Sequence record: SRR31156797_4029
DNA length: 39,784 nt
Direction: 5' to 3' (one strand)
Below, piece by piece: positions 1 through 9,767 of this stretch. The stretch's first letter is position 1. Every line of letters begins with the position of its first letter. Below the pieces are notes generated by a model. It did not search any database, had not been told where the DNA came from, and worked only from the letters and a program-made list of their open reading frames with translations. The position numbers and the translations under genes are program-made.

Positions 1-15
1 AGATAGACCAATGGT

Positions 16-29
16 CCCCCCCCCCCCCC
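16..29. repeat. C14 homopolymer tract
   Basis: Run of 14 consecutive C read directly from the sequence, in non-coding DNA at the window edge. Confidence 0.9.
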
Positions 30-141
30 GATTACTGTACCAAGCGGCTGCTCTCTCCTCATGAAAATCACTGAGCAGCAGTTCGAATGTTTGTCATCAA
101 AACAAAACCCCTCTATACTAAAAAGAAAGGGGTTTTTCACA

Positions 142-348
142 ATGACGAAAAAACCGCCGCAAACGTCTGAAGAAAAAGAAGCCGCTTCTAACAATATGGG
201 ATTGGGGATCGGTGTCGGAATGGCCTTAGGTGCTGCATTTGGGATGCTGTTTTTTGACAACCTGGCTTTAGGCATGGGTTTAGGCATCGCACTAGGTGTA
301 GCGATCGGTGCCGGTATGGATCAAAAAAGCAACAAAGACAAGAAATAG
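142..348 (+). CDS. Small glycine-zipper membrane protein (about 68 aa)
   Basis: ORF 61..348. The better start is ATG 142, after GAAAGGGG. Two hydrophobic GxxxG-rich helices (GLGIGVGMALGAAFG, GMGLGIALGVAIGAG). Confidence 0.75.
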   Translation: MTKKPPQTSEEKEAASNNMGLGIGVGMALGAAFGMLFFDNLALGMGLGIALGVAIGAGMDQKSNKDKK

Positions 349-401
349 CTGAAGCAAAGAGCTGTGTTTATCTGTCACAGCTTGCTGCCCAGTAAATACC
401 C

Positions 402-447
402 AAAAAGCCTAGGTTCTGCACTTGTTGTACAGGACCTAGGCTTTTTT
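402..447. terminator. Bidirectional intrinsic terminator
   Basis: AAAAAGCCTAGGTTCTG...CAGGACCTAGGCTTTTTT inverted repeat with A and T tails, between convergent genes. Confidence 0.85.
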
Positions 448-491
448 GCTACTTCGAGCAATATTCTCGAAAACAGTTGCTTCACAGTTGT

Positions 492-788
492 TTACAGCAG
501 ATTTCTTTTCGCCATTTCCGCGCGATACAGTTCATAGACCGCATCACTTTGCTTTGCATGGCTGCGGTAAAAGAGCCCATAAGAGAAAATCGCTTGGAAA
601 TTGCTTCCTTGATTTGCTCGTGCTACAGCGTGGTACAAATTCGCCAATTGCTGATCAGACATCTTCCCGCTTTTGATTCGTTTGGCAACTGCTTTTTGGG
701 AAAGGGTAAATAAAACCGTCGTAAATATTTGATAAACCACCCAAATCGCCAGAATAACCAAAATAAATTTCACCAAATCAGGCATCAC
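492..788 (-). CDS. Hypothetical membrane-anchored protein
   Basis: 98-aa ORF, GTG start 7 nt after AGGAG, N-terminal TM helix followed by a basic soluble part. Confidence 0.7.
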   Translation of the reverse strand: MMPDLVKFILVILAIWVVYQIFTTVLFTLSQKAVAKRIKSGKMSDQQLANLYHAVARANQGSNFQAIFSYGLFYRSHAKQSDAVYELYRAEMAKRNLL

Positions 789-885
789 TTTTCAACTCCT
801 TACAAAAAGTAAATCATTCGGATGATTTGATGTCAATAATAAAATAACCCAACGAAAATAAAATATTTATTTTCTAAAGTAATAA

Positions 886-930
886 AATAACAGTACGACA
901 ATGATTAAAACAATCAGTCGTACTGCTATT
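886..930 (-). terminator. Probable terminator downstream of pepV
   Basis: AATAACAGTACGAC...GTCGTACTGCTATT inverted repeat, followed by a U-rich tail on the minus strand. Confidence 0.65.
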
Positions 931-1005
931 CCTTTATTGCCTCTATTCATCTAAGTATCAATAAATCGACTCCGCTAAAAAAGAATAGACGGTATCAATG
1001 TCTCT

Positions 1006-2430
1006 TTATTTCGCCAAACGGTAGATAGCATCTGCATAGATCACCGCTGCGTTGAATAGGTCATCCAAGCTCATGAATTCATTGGCTTGGTGCATGGTAT
1101 CAACATAGCCTGGGAACATTGCGCCATAGGCAACGCCGCGTTTCAATAGACGGCCGTATGTGCCGCCGCCGATGATTTGTTCAAAGCCTTTTTCGCCGGT
1201 ATGTTCTTCATAAACCGCCAATAAAGTTTCTACCAATGGATCATCTGCTGGCACGTAGTGAGGTTCCATGTTGCGGTCATTGCGAGTAACGGTGGCCCCT
1301 TCCATACCGACGGTGCGTTCCACACCGATTTCAAGTCCTTCCGCAGTTACCCCTTTAGGATAACGGAAGTTCAATGCGATAAAGTTGTCTGCTTGCGTTC
1401 CTGCTTGGTTCGCTTTAAAAGCAAACAAGCCAGCATTCATAGTCAATTTACCCATTTTTTCGTCTTCGTACGCCACACCTAATTTTTCACCGTAGAAATC
1501 TTCATGGACATAGGCTGCTGCTGCATGGATGAATTGTTTTGCGCCGCCGCCAAAGGCATAGTTATCTAAGAAGACTGCTAAGAAAGTCCCCGCATTGATT
1601 CCTGATTGTGGGCTGGCACCATGAGCACCTTTACCGACTAATTCGATCGTCACTTGTTCATTTTCTGTTTCAATCGTGCCCGTCACTGGATTGGCTTCGA
1701 CGTAATCGAAAAAGGCTTTTTCGATCGCTAATGCTTCTTCTGTTGATGGAGCAATGAAGCTTGCCGTTGCCGTTCCTGGTACCATATTTTCCCGCAAGCC
1801 AGCAGTAAAGCTTTGTAGCGTGAAGTCTCCTTCATTGTTGCCTTGGAAATGGACCCCTAATGTCACATTCCCTTTTTCCCCATTGATGATTGGGAAATTG
1901 GCATCTGGCGAGAAGCCAAAATCAGGCTTTTCTTCATGCTCAAAGTAGTAATCCATATCTGCCCAGCCGCTTTCTTCATCAGAACCAACGACAAAACGGA
2001 TTTTTTTCGATAATGGCAAGCCCAATTCTTTAATGATTTTCATCCCATAATAGGCGGCCATTGAAGGACCTTTATCATCAGAAGAACCACGAGCATAGAT
2101 TTTGTTGTCATTGATGACTGGATCATAAGGATCGGTTGACCAGCCGTCACCTGCAGGAACAACATCCATGTGACCGAAGATCCCTAATGTTTCGTCTCCT
2201 TCACCAAATTCGATGTGACCAGCGTAATTATCGACGTTTTTGACTGTGAAGCCATCACGTTCACCATAAGCTAGCATGTGTAGCAACGCATCACGAGGTC
2301 CAGGACCAAATGGCGCGTCCGCAGTCACTTTATCATCTTCTCTTTCACTTTTCACTTTCAATAGATCAATCAAGTCGTTCAGCAAATCGTCTTTGCGGGC
2401 TTCGACCTCTTTTTTCCAATCGATTGTCAT
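1006..2430 (-). CDS. pepV: Dipeptidase PepV (M20 Xaa-His dipeptidase)
   Basis: Motifs GHMDVVP, RGSSDDKGP, DEESG, GGGTYGR, MHQANE. 474 aa with a GGAGGG RBS. Confidence 0.95.
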   Translation of the reverse strand: MTIDWKKEVEARKDDLLNDLIDLLKVKSEREDDKVTADAPFGPGPRDALLHMLAYGERDGFTVKNVDNYAGHIEFGEGDETLGIFGHMDVVPAGDGWSTDPYDPVINDNKIYARGSSDDKGPSMAAYYGMKIIKELGLPLSKKIRFVVGSDEESGWADMDYYFEHEEKPDFGFSPDANFPIINGEKGNVTLGVHFQGNNEGDFTLQSFTAGLRENMVPGTATASFIAPSTEEALAIEKAFFDYVEANPVTGTIETENEQVTIELVGKGAHGASPQSGINAGTFLAVFLDNYAFGGGAKQFIHAAAAYVHEDFYGEKLGVAYEDEKMGKLTMNAGLFAFKANQAGTQADNFIALNFRYPKGVTAEGLEIGVERTVGMEGATVTRNDRNMEPHYVPADDPLVETLLAVYEEHTGEKGFEQIIGGGTYGRLLKRGVAYGAMFPGYVDTMHQANEFMSLDDLFNAAVIYADAIYRLAK

Positions 2431-2589
2431 AGTGTTCCCTCCATTTCTGTTCTCGCTATTTATGATAACACTCTTAAACCAAAAAAGGAAAAAAAATTGC
2501 GCCTTTTTCCATGGGTCTTTTCTATGAAATTTCTAGGAAACAGGTATAATAAATATAACTCGATTTTGATTAACGAAAGGAGTCATTGC

Positions 2590-3426
2590 ATGGTGCAACT
2601 TGATTCTGCGATTTTATCCAAAGTGATCCAACAGCGCCCGACAAAAAGCCACAAAGGTACCTTTGGCCGGGCCGTTTTAGTAGGGGGCAACCGCCAATTC
2701 GGTGGGGCGATCTTAATGGCGGCGCAAGCCTGTGTATATGGGGGAACTGGTTTGACCACTGTGATCTCCGATGGCGTCAACCGAACCGCCCTGCACGCCC
2801 GCTTGCCTGAAGCGATGTTTGTCGATTGGCAGCAAACAGAACTGATCGATACGGTCACCGAATCGGCGGACGTCCTACTGATTGGTCCCGGATTAGGAGA
2901 AGGAAAAAGCAATTTTGATCTGCTGCAGCGGATCGTTTCTGCCCAAAAAGAACACCAATGGTTGGTGATCGATGGTTCGGCGATCAATTTGGCTGCCAAA
3001 TATCCGCTGATCATCCCCTTTCCTGAACAAGTCGTCTTCACGCCGCATCAGATGGAATGGCAACGGCTCAGCGGACTGGCAATTGCCGACCAGACCGAAG
3101 AAAACAATCAGCAAGCCCAACAAAAACTCGGAAGTCTGGTGGTCTTAAAAAGCCATCGCACGCAAATTTACGGTAGCAGCATCGCCCAAAATCCCCTCGG
3201 AACACCCGCAATGGCGACTGGTGGGATGGGTGATACGCTGGCAGGCATGATTACCAGCTTTTTGGCACAGTTTGAAAAAACAGAGGAAACGATCCACGCG
3301 GCTGTCTATCTCCATAGCCTGATTGGCGAAGCATTGGCAGAAGAGCACTATGTCGTGTTGCCGACACAAATCAGTGCCGCATTGCCTCAATGGATGAAAA
3401 AGCACCAAGCAGCCGATCCAGAATGA
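2590..3426 (+). CDS. nnrD: ADP-dependent NAD(P)H-hydrate dehydratase (YjeF C-terminal domain only)
   Basis: Motifs SHKGTFG, IGPGLG, VIDGSA, TPHQME, MATGGMGDTLAG. ATG 2590 follows GAAAGGAG. Confidence 0.92.
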   Translation: MVQLDSAILSKVIQQRPTKSHKGTFGRAVLVGGNRQFGGAILMAAQACVYGGTGLTTVISDGVNRTALHARLPEAMFVDWQQTELIDTVTESADVLLIGPGLGEGKSNFDLLQRIVSAQKEHQWLVIDGSAINLAAKYPLIIPFPEQVVFTPHQMEWQRLSGLAIADQTEENNQQAQQKLGSLVVLKSHRTQIYGSSIAQNPLGTPAMATGGMGDTLAGMITSFLAQFEKTEETIHAAVYLHSLIGEALAEEHYVVLPTQISAALPQWMKKHQAADPE

Positions 3427-3446
3427 TTTCTGATAAACCATTCATC

Positions 3447-3489
3447 AAAAAAACGTCCCTTTCTGCATTTGTCGAAAGGGACGTTTTTT
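3447..3489. terminator. Bidirectional intrinsic terminator
   Basis: AAAAAAACGTCCCTTTC...GAAAGGGACGTTTTTT between convergent nnrD and the GH42 gene. Confidence 0.9.
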
Positions 3490-3500
3490 CCAATGGTCAG

Positions 3501-5555
3501 CTAATTGTTAAAATAGACCACTCGCACTTCATACGGCGCCAAGGTTGCTGTTTGAGGGACTGCTTGATTGGTCTCTAAATCAACGACTTCTTTGATCAAG
3601 TGTAGTGTCTGCTCTTTCTCAGAAAAATTCATGATGAAAAAGTACGTTCGTTCTGGACTGATCCTGCCTTGGATCGAGACTGCAGGATTGGCATGCGCGA
3701 TCCTTTCCTCTGCCAAGGACAGCTCACGGACCAAAGAGGCATAAAACTGTTCGAAAAAGTCATAGTTGGTGCGAGCCGCCAGATAGTAGGCGGTGCCTGC
3801 ACCAAAGGTATGTTTGGTGATCGCAGGTGTTCCTTGGTAAAAATCCGCTTGATACACCCCTAGTACCTCCGCTGTTTCGGCTTCGATGATTGCAGAATAG
3901 TCCCGTGTTTCAAAGGGCTGTCCTTGAAAAACCACTTGATTGTGTTCAGTGTCAAAAAGAGTTTCCAGCTCCAGCACGTTGATGCCTAATAACCCTCGCA
4001 ACGGCTGTGGCAAGCCCCCCATATACAACAGGTCGGTTTCATTGACCATGCCGCTAAAGTAACTGGAAATCAAGGTACCACCAGCTTCCGTGTACTGGCA
4101 AAGTTTTGCCATCGTCTCCGATGACATCAAGTAAAGCATCGGAGCGATCACCAACCGATAGTCAGAAAAATCTTGCTCTGGCGTCAAAATATCGACAGCG
4201 ATGTCTTGTTCCCAGAAATAACGATAATGCTCCTGCAACGTTTGCGGATACCGTCTGGTTGGTCGACCAAACCCGCCGCCTCGCTTCAATGCCCAGTTGC
4301 TTTCCCAGTCAAAAAGGATCGCCACTGCTTTTTTTCTTGTGGTTCCTTGAATCTCTTTGATTTTTTCCAAGCGCTTGCCGTAAGCCGCAACTTCTTTGAA
4401 GACCCGATTCTCCGTGGAATCATCATGTCCCACGACTGCCCCATGGAATTTTTCTGAATTGCCGCGGGATTGGCGCCATTGAAAATACAAGGTACTATCT
4501 GAGCCGTGAGCGATCTGCTGCATGGCACTCAACTGATGGACACCAGGCTTTTTCGCTTTATTAAAGGAATGCCAGTTAACAAAACTCGGCGTGCATTCCA
4601 TCACTAAAAAGGGCTGTTTCTTCAAAGACCAGTACTGGTCATGCACATAGGCAGATTTCATTGCTGTCGCTGCCAAAGATTCAAAGTTGTTGTTCCAATC
4701 AGGGTAACTATCCCAGCTAACGATGTCCACATGACGAGCAAACTTGCTGTAGTCAATGCCTTCTAAAGGAATAAAATCTTGGGTAGCATGTCCTTCCGCC
4801 ATAAAATTCGTCGTCACAGGAATGTCCGGTGTCAGTTGGCGAATCGGCGTACATTCATGCAAATAAAAATCGATCGTCCTATCTGTAACAAATCGTTTCC
4901 AATCAAGATCCATGCCATGCACTTTGTGTTCTCCTAGAGGCGAAGGCGGTAAAACCTGCGACCAATCGGAGTACGTACCACTCCAAAAAGAAGTCCACCA
5001 GGCATGATTCAACGTGGCTAAATCACCATATTTCTTTTGCAGCCAACTGCGCCAGTTTTCTTGACAATAGGAGCAAAAGCATTCCCCAGAGTACTCATTG
5101 GAGATATGCCACATGGCTAATGCCGGATGCTTGCCGTAACGTTTTGCCAACTGCTGATTGATTTGCGTTACCTTTTCCCGATAGATCGGTGAAGAGTAAC
5201 AGTGATTGTGGCGAAACCCATGGGTATGTTTTTGCCCTTGGGCGTTGGTCCGATTGACTTCGGGATACTTTTGGCTCAACCATTGCGGACGTCCACCGCT
5301 AGGAGTGGCCAAAATGACTTTGCCGCCGATGCCATGGATCTGATCAAACACACGATCCAACCAGTCAAACTGATAAACGCCTTCTTGCGGCTCTAAGGCA
5401 CTCCAAGCAAACACCCCTAATGTGACGGTGTTGACATGGGCTTGCTGCATATAAGCAAGATCCTTTTGCAAGATTTCTGGATAAGCCAGCCATTGATCGG
5501 GGTTGTAATCCCCGCCATGCATAAACTGCTGATCAAACAATTGATTGCTCATCAT
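3501..5555 (-). CDS. Beta-galactosidase, GH42
   Basis: HGGDYNPDQW N-terminus, WHISNEY acid/base, VMECTP nucleophile, YFQWR and EKFHG motifs. The start overlaps the stop of the GH36 gene. Confidence 0.93.
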   Translation of the reverse strand: MMSNQLFDQQFMHGGDYNPDQWLAYPEILQKDLAYMQQAHVNTVTLGVFAWSALEPQEGVYQFDWLDRVFDQIHGIGGKVILATPSGGRPQWLSQKYPEVNRTNAQGQKHTHGFRHNHCYSSPIYREKVTQINQQLAKRYGKHPALAMWHISNEYSGECFCSYCQENWRSWLQKKYGDLATLNHAWWTSFWSGTYSDWSQVLPPSPLGEHKVHGMDLDWKRFVTDRTIDFYLHECTPIRQLTPDIPVTTNFMAEGHATQDFIPLEGIDYSKFARHVDIVSWDSYPDWNNNFESLAATAMKSAYVHDQYWSLKKQPFLVMECTPSFVNWHSFNKAKKPGVHQLSAMQQIAHGSDSTLYFQWRQSRGNSEKFHGAVVGHDDSTENRVFKEVAAYGKRLEKIKEIQGTTRKKAVAILFDWESNWALKRGGGFGRPTRRYPQTLQEHYRYFWEQDIAVDILTPEQDFSDYRLVIAPMLYLMSSETMAKLCQYTEAGGTLISSYFSGMVNETDLLYMGGLPQPLRGLLGINVLELETLFDTEHNQVVFQGQPFETRDYSAIIEAETAEVLGVYQADFYQGTPAITKHTFGAGTAYYLAARTNYDFFEQFYASLVRELSLAEERIAHANPAVSIQGRISPERTYFFIMNFSEKEQTLHLIKEVVDLETNQAVPQTATLAPYEVRVVYFNN

Positions 5556-7789
5556 TCTGCTCCTTTTTTGGCTTGTAAATGGTATACAAATGATTGAAAA
5601 TCGCCAGTGACTTGCGCCGTTCCATGGTTGACGGCATTAAACTGATAGGGTTTACGCAACCCTAATTGTCTTAACAGCTGACCAGAGACGGGTTCGCCAT
5701 TGACCTGGTACACCTGTTGGCCATCGAGAAAGGCTGCGGGCAAAAAGTCTTCCGCCGTCGGATTGGCTTGTGCCAACACGCGAAAGAAAGCAACCAATGC
5801 TTCTTCGTTTTGCGGATCATACACCGCCCAAGTTTTTTCATTGGCATGTTCCAACTGCTGCAGCTGATAAAAAGTACCAAAGGTCAGCAATTGCCGCTGC
5901 TTTTTATAAAAAACGATTTGGGATTTGATTGCCTGCTTTTCAGCGTCAGACAAGTGAAAGAGATCGAGTTCATACCCCAATGGCCCAAACATTGCGACGG
6001 TTTGCCGAAAGGCTAAAGAAGTTGTCCTGCCGACTTGGTGGTTTGGTGCCGCCGACACGTGATTGCTGAAGGAGGACAACGGATACCCTAACAACGTTCC
6101 GCTTTGGATGGCTAAACGTTCCACTGCATCACTATCATCACTAGGCCAAATCTGCGGACTGTAAAACAAGATCCCCAAATCGTATCTGCCCCCGCCGCCA
6201 GCACAGCCTTCGATCAAAAGGGTCGGAAACGCCGCTAAGATTTTTTCATATAAGCGATAAAGGCCTAAAATATAACGATGATAAAACTCCGTCTGAGAAA
6301 TTCCCTGTTCCGCTAAGTAAGGAGAGTAAGCTTCCGTGATATTGCGGTTCATATCCCATTTGATGTAATCCAGCTTGGTTTCAAGGATCACTTTTTGCAT
6401 CGCTTCGAAAATTGCCTCGACCACTGCTGGATTGGCAAAATCCAACACGTATTGCCCGCGCCCCACAGAGATCCGCTCATAAGGATGCTTGACTACCCAC
6501 TCAGGATGCTCTTGGTACAACTGACTATCTGGCGAAACCATTTCCGGTTCAAACCAAATCCCCAGCTGCAGCTGCATGGCATGAATTTTCTCAGCAAAAG
6601 AACCGATTCCTTTTGGAAATTTGGCAGGGTCCGCCACCCAATCGCCTAATGAACTGCGGTCGTTGTTACGTTTTCCAAACCAACCATCATCCAGCACAAA
6701 GCACTCCATCCCTAACGCCTTGCTTTCTTGGGCTAAGGTCAACAGCTTCTCTTCATTAAAATCAAAATAAGTCGCTTCCCAGTTATTAAAGACGATCGGC
6801 CGCTGCCGCTTTTGCCAATAAGGGGCAATCACATGCTTTTCGATAAATTGGGCGGATTCTTGACTCAAACCATTCAGGCCAGCAGCGGTGAAGGTGAAGA
6901 GACATTCCGGCGCTTCAAAGGTTTCTCCTTGTGAAAGCTGCCAGCTGAAACGTTCAGGATGTATCCCCAACATCAATCGAACGTTGTCCCATTCATCCAT
7001 TTCTGCTTGCGCCAAAAAGTTACCAGAATAAATCAGGTTGGCACCGTAGACGTGACCAGTGTCATTGGTGGCTTGCTGTTCTTTTAAGGCAACAAAAGGA
7101 TTGTGCTGATGACCAGACGCTCCTTTTAACGAGCCGACACTGATCGTCCCTTGGGTCAAAGGAACCGTCTTGATATGTCGTTCTTTCAGCCAGGCGCCTG
7201 AAAGATGCAGCAGTTCAAAATCGCGATTTTTCAGCTCCAAGACACCACTCAAAAAGCGCTGGATGGTTCTAGGCTTGCTCCCCGTATTGGTCAGTGTTTG
7301 CTGCCGCGTGATGGTACCTGATCCTTTGAAGATCGTATAGGTGATCGCCAGTTCCAGCTGCCGCTCTTGATCTACCAATTCAAAGACGATGCTTTGGCTT
7401 TCATCGGCAGCCGCGAAGCTGGCTGGTTGCGCCAGCTTTCGTTCTTTGCCCTCAAAACAGTGAAAAGCCACAAGTTTAAAATCAACATAAAGTGGGGTTT
7501 CTTCCTCAAAAACCGACACTGCACCTTCTCGAAAATCAGAAGTCCCATACGTTGGCAATTCTTGAAAACGGTCCGCCAAGGTAAAAAGATTGTCTGCTTC
7601 AAAAAATTTGACGGTTCCTGCCGATTTATTCTCTTTTTTCTCAAGGTACGCTTGATCAAACGGCGCCAGTGTGCCTAGAGATGGCCCAAAATAGACATGA
7701 CCCAGTTGCTGATTTGGTAACACATTTATGATATAACTGATTTTTTCATTGTATAAGTGAAAGAGTTGTTCGTTCTTTATTTCTATCAT
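5552..7789 (-). CDS. Alpha-galactosidase, GH36
   Basis: NNWEATYFDF, VLDDGWFG, IKWDMNR (nucleophile), CAGGGGRYD, WPSDDSD. Likely start MIEIK at 7789. Confidence 0.94.
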   Translation of the reverse strand: MIEIKNEQLFHLYNEKISYIINVLPNQQLGHVYFGPSLGTLAPFDQAYLEKKENKSAGTVKFFEADNLFTLADRFQELPTYGTSDFREGAVSVFEEETPLYVDFKLVAFHCFEGKERKLAQPASFAAADESQSIVFELVDQERQLELAITYTIFKGSGTITRQQTLTNTGSKPRTIQRFLSGVLELKNRDFELLHLSGAWLKERHIKTVPLTQGTISVGSLKGASGHQHNPFVALKEQQATNDTGHVYGANLIYSGNFLAQAEMDEWDNVRLMLGIHPERFSWQLSQGETFEAPECLFTFTAAGLNGLSQESAQFIEKHVIAPYWQKRQRPIVFNNWEATYFDFNEEKLLTLAQESKALGMECFVLDDGWFGKRNNDRSSLGDWVADPAKFPKGIGSFAEKIHAMQLQLGIWFEPEMVSPDSQLYQEHPEWVVKHPYERISVGRGQYVLDFANPAVVEAIFEAMQKVILETKLDYIKWDMNRNITEAYSPYLAEQGISQTEFYHRYILGLYRLYEKILAAFPTLLIEGCAGGGGRYDLGILFYSPQIWPSDDSDAVERLAIQSGTLLGYPLSSFSNHVSAAPNHQVGRTTSLAFRQTVAMFGPLGYELDLFHLSDAEKQAIKSQIVFYKKQRQLLTFGTFYQLQQLEHANEKTWAVYDPQNEEALVAFFRVLAQANPTAEDFLPAAFLDGQQVYQVNGEPVSGQLLRQLGLRKPYQFNAVNHGTAQVTGDFQSFVYHLQAKKGAE

Positions 7790-7797
7790 TGCTATCC

Positions 7798-8268
7798 TCA
7801 ATTTTCCCCATTTTTTTCATTTGTCCCTGCTCGTTGACAAGCTGCTTCAAGATAACGCAAGCGTTTTTTGACACCACGATTGAAAAAGAATTTGTAAAAC
7901 AGCGCCGCCAGCATAAAACTGTAGGTTGTTTTCTGCTGCTCAAAACGGCTTTGTTCCGAATACGTGACTTGCAGCTTCCCTTTTCGTCCTGGAGCAAAAC
8001 TGTACCGTTGATCGATCACTCCTTCTTCATGGGTCGTACGAAGCCACAGCTCATCCGCGGCAATTTTTTTGACCGTCATAACGGCAGGTACCAACCGCGG
8101 AGCGGTTTTGGTTTGAATCATCGTTTCAATACGGCAGCCTTTCCCGAACGGTTCTTGGGCTTGTTTGGCTAGAAAGAATTTCTCTTGTTCCGCCAATAAC
8201 ACACGGGAAAAGTCCGTAGGTGTGGTATTCATTTGATAACTGCAAGACAATGTATCGGTTCTCATCAC
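7798..8268 (-). CDS. DUF3284-like hypothetical protein
   Basis: About 155 aa with a C-terminal 'LFYKFFFNRGVKKRLRYLE' segment. Sits next to a cellobiose-type PTS IIC, as is typical of this family. Family call is from memory. Confidence 0.6.
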   Translation of the reverse strand: MMRTDTLSCSYQMNTTPTDFSRVLLAEQEKFFLAKQAQEPFGKGCRIETMIQTKTAPRLVPAVMTVKKIAADELWLRTTHEEGVIDQRYSFAPGRKGKLQVTYSEQSRFEQQKTTYSFMLAALFYKFFFNRGVKKRLRYLEAACQRAGTNEKNGEN

Positions 8269-8318
8269 AAATTCCTTTCTAAAGGATGCGCGTATTGCAT
8301 TCCTTTACGTTTCTGGGC

Positions 8319-9653
8319 TTATCTTTCTTCTACCCTTTGATTGATCGTCTCAGATGCCGCTTGTTCATTTAATGCCGCTTCCGCTTTTTCTTCTTTTAAG
8401 TACCCGCGATCCATTACGATCAAGAATGGCACCCAGATCAAGGTCATTACGGCAACCGTCACTAACTGTAAGATTGCGCCGGCAACAGAACCCGTGCCTA
8501 ACCAACCAGATAAGAAGACCGGGGTCGTCCAAACAACCGTTGCTCCGATTGGCCGCGGAACCAAACCTGCGGCAATCGCAAAGTAAGAGATCGTCGTACT
8601 GGCTAATGGCGCTAAGATCCATGGGACAAAAGCGATTGGGTTCAAGACGATCGGCAAACCAAAGGTCATCGGTTCAGATACGTTGAAAACAGATGGAGCG
8701 ATCACCGTCTTCATTAATTTTTTCATCCGAATCGAACGAGCGATAAAGAAGGCCATTGTAATCGAGATCCCCAACTGCATTCCTTGATTGACGAACACGC
8801 CCATAAAAGTAGTGTTAATGATATGGGGCAATTGCTCAGCTCCCGCTTTGTAGGCTTCATAGTTTTCGATCGCTAACGCATTCATGATTGGATCGATCAC
8901 CGCATTGACCACCAAGGTACCGTGAATCCCAAACCACCAGAAGAATTGGGTGAACAAGACGGCAATCAGTACTGCTGGCAACGTACCGCCCAAGCCCATT
9001 AATGGTTTTTGCAGAATCTCATAAACGAAATCAACGGCATTGCCCCATGAAGTAAAGGTGAACAAGTAGCGGATCAAATTGAAAAGGAACAACGGTGCCG
9101 CACCAGGAATGATGGCGACAAATGATTCTGCGATCATTGGCGGAACCGAATCTGGCATTTTGATCGTCAGCCCAGCCGCACTGATTTTGCAATAGATCTG
9201 CGTAGCGATAATGGCCGTGATGATTCCAACAAACATTCCCTCAGCCCCTAATTTCGACAAGGGGATCACTGTACCTAACTCTTCGGATGAGCCAAAAGGC
9301 AGCAGCATCAAAAACGAAGACAGTGAGATGGCACCCGCAAATAATTTGGCTTGTCCATACTTGCCAGCCAACTGATAGCCGATCCCAAAAACAACGAAAA
9401 TAGCGGTGATACTCATGGTTGCATTTCCGATAGGACCAAAAAAGTCGTTTAGAAACGTGATGAATCCCTCTGGAAGTTTTTCCGAGAGTCCGAAAGTAGC
9501 AGGCAGATTTTGAATAATAATCATAATTGACGCAAACATTGTTGCAGGAAAAGCGACCATAAACCCATCACGAAGACTTAACAAGTATTTGTTGTTGGCA
9601 ATGATCTGAGCAAAAGGCACCATCTTTTCGGCTAATTTATCAATAAACTTCAT
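8319..9653 (-). CDS. PTS lactose/cellobiose-family IIC component
   Basis: LRDGF, IKMPDSVPP, WWFGIHG, FNVSEPMTFGLPIVLNP motifs. About 10 TM segments. Confidence 0.92.
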   Translation of the reverse strand: MKFIDKLAEKMVPFAQIIANNKYLLSLRDGFMVAFPATMFASIMIIIQNLPATFGLSEKLPEGFITFLNDFFGPIGNATMSITAIFVVFGIGYQLAGKYGQAKLFAGAISLSSFLMLLPFGSSEELGTVIPLSKLGAEGMFVGIITAIIATQIYCKISAAGLTIKMPDSVPPMIAESFVAIIPGAAPLFLFNLIRYLFTFTSWGNAVDFVYEILQKPLMGLGGTLPAVLIAVLFTQFFWWFGIHGTLVVNAVIDPIMNALAIENYEAYKAGAEQLPHIINTTFMGVFVNQGMQLGISITMAFFIARSIRMKKLMKTVIAPSVFNVSEPMTFGLPIVLNPIAFVPWILAPLASTTISYFAIAAGLVPRPIGATVVWTTPVFLSGWLGTGSVAGAILQLVTVAVMTLIWVPFLIVMDRGYLKEEKAEAALNEQAASETINQRVEER

Positions 9654-9677
9654 TTCGTTTTCTCCTTTATTTTTAAC

Positions 9678-9691
9678 TGTAAACGTTTACT
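9678..9691. promoter_or_regulatory. cre (CcpA) or LacI-family operator TGTAAACGTTTACT
   Basis: Matches TGWAARCGYTWNCW and contains the perfect palindrome GTAAACGTTTAC, just upstream of the IIC RBS. Confidence 0.7.
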
Positions 9692-9737
9692 ACAATCAGT
9701 ATAGTTGTTTAGTTAATGTTTACACAACCCCTAAAAT

Positions 9738-9767
9738 AAAAAAAGATCAGACGTCACTGATCTTTTT
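9738..9767 (-). terminator. Terminator overlapping the lacI-family stop codon
   Basis: AAAAAGATCAG-ACGTCA-CTGATCTTTTT inverted repeat with a U tail on the minus strand. Confidence 0.7.

Noticed and set aside
142-348. Glycine-rich peptide as a bacteriocin precursor
   Set aside because: No double-glycine leader, dedicated transporter or immunity gene. It is better explained as a glycine-zipper membrane protein.
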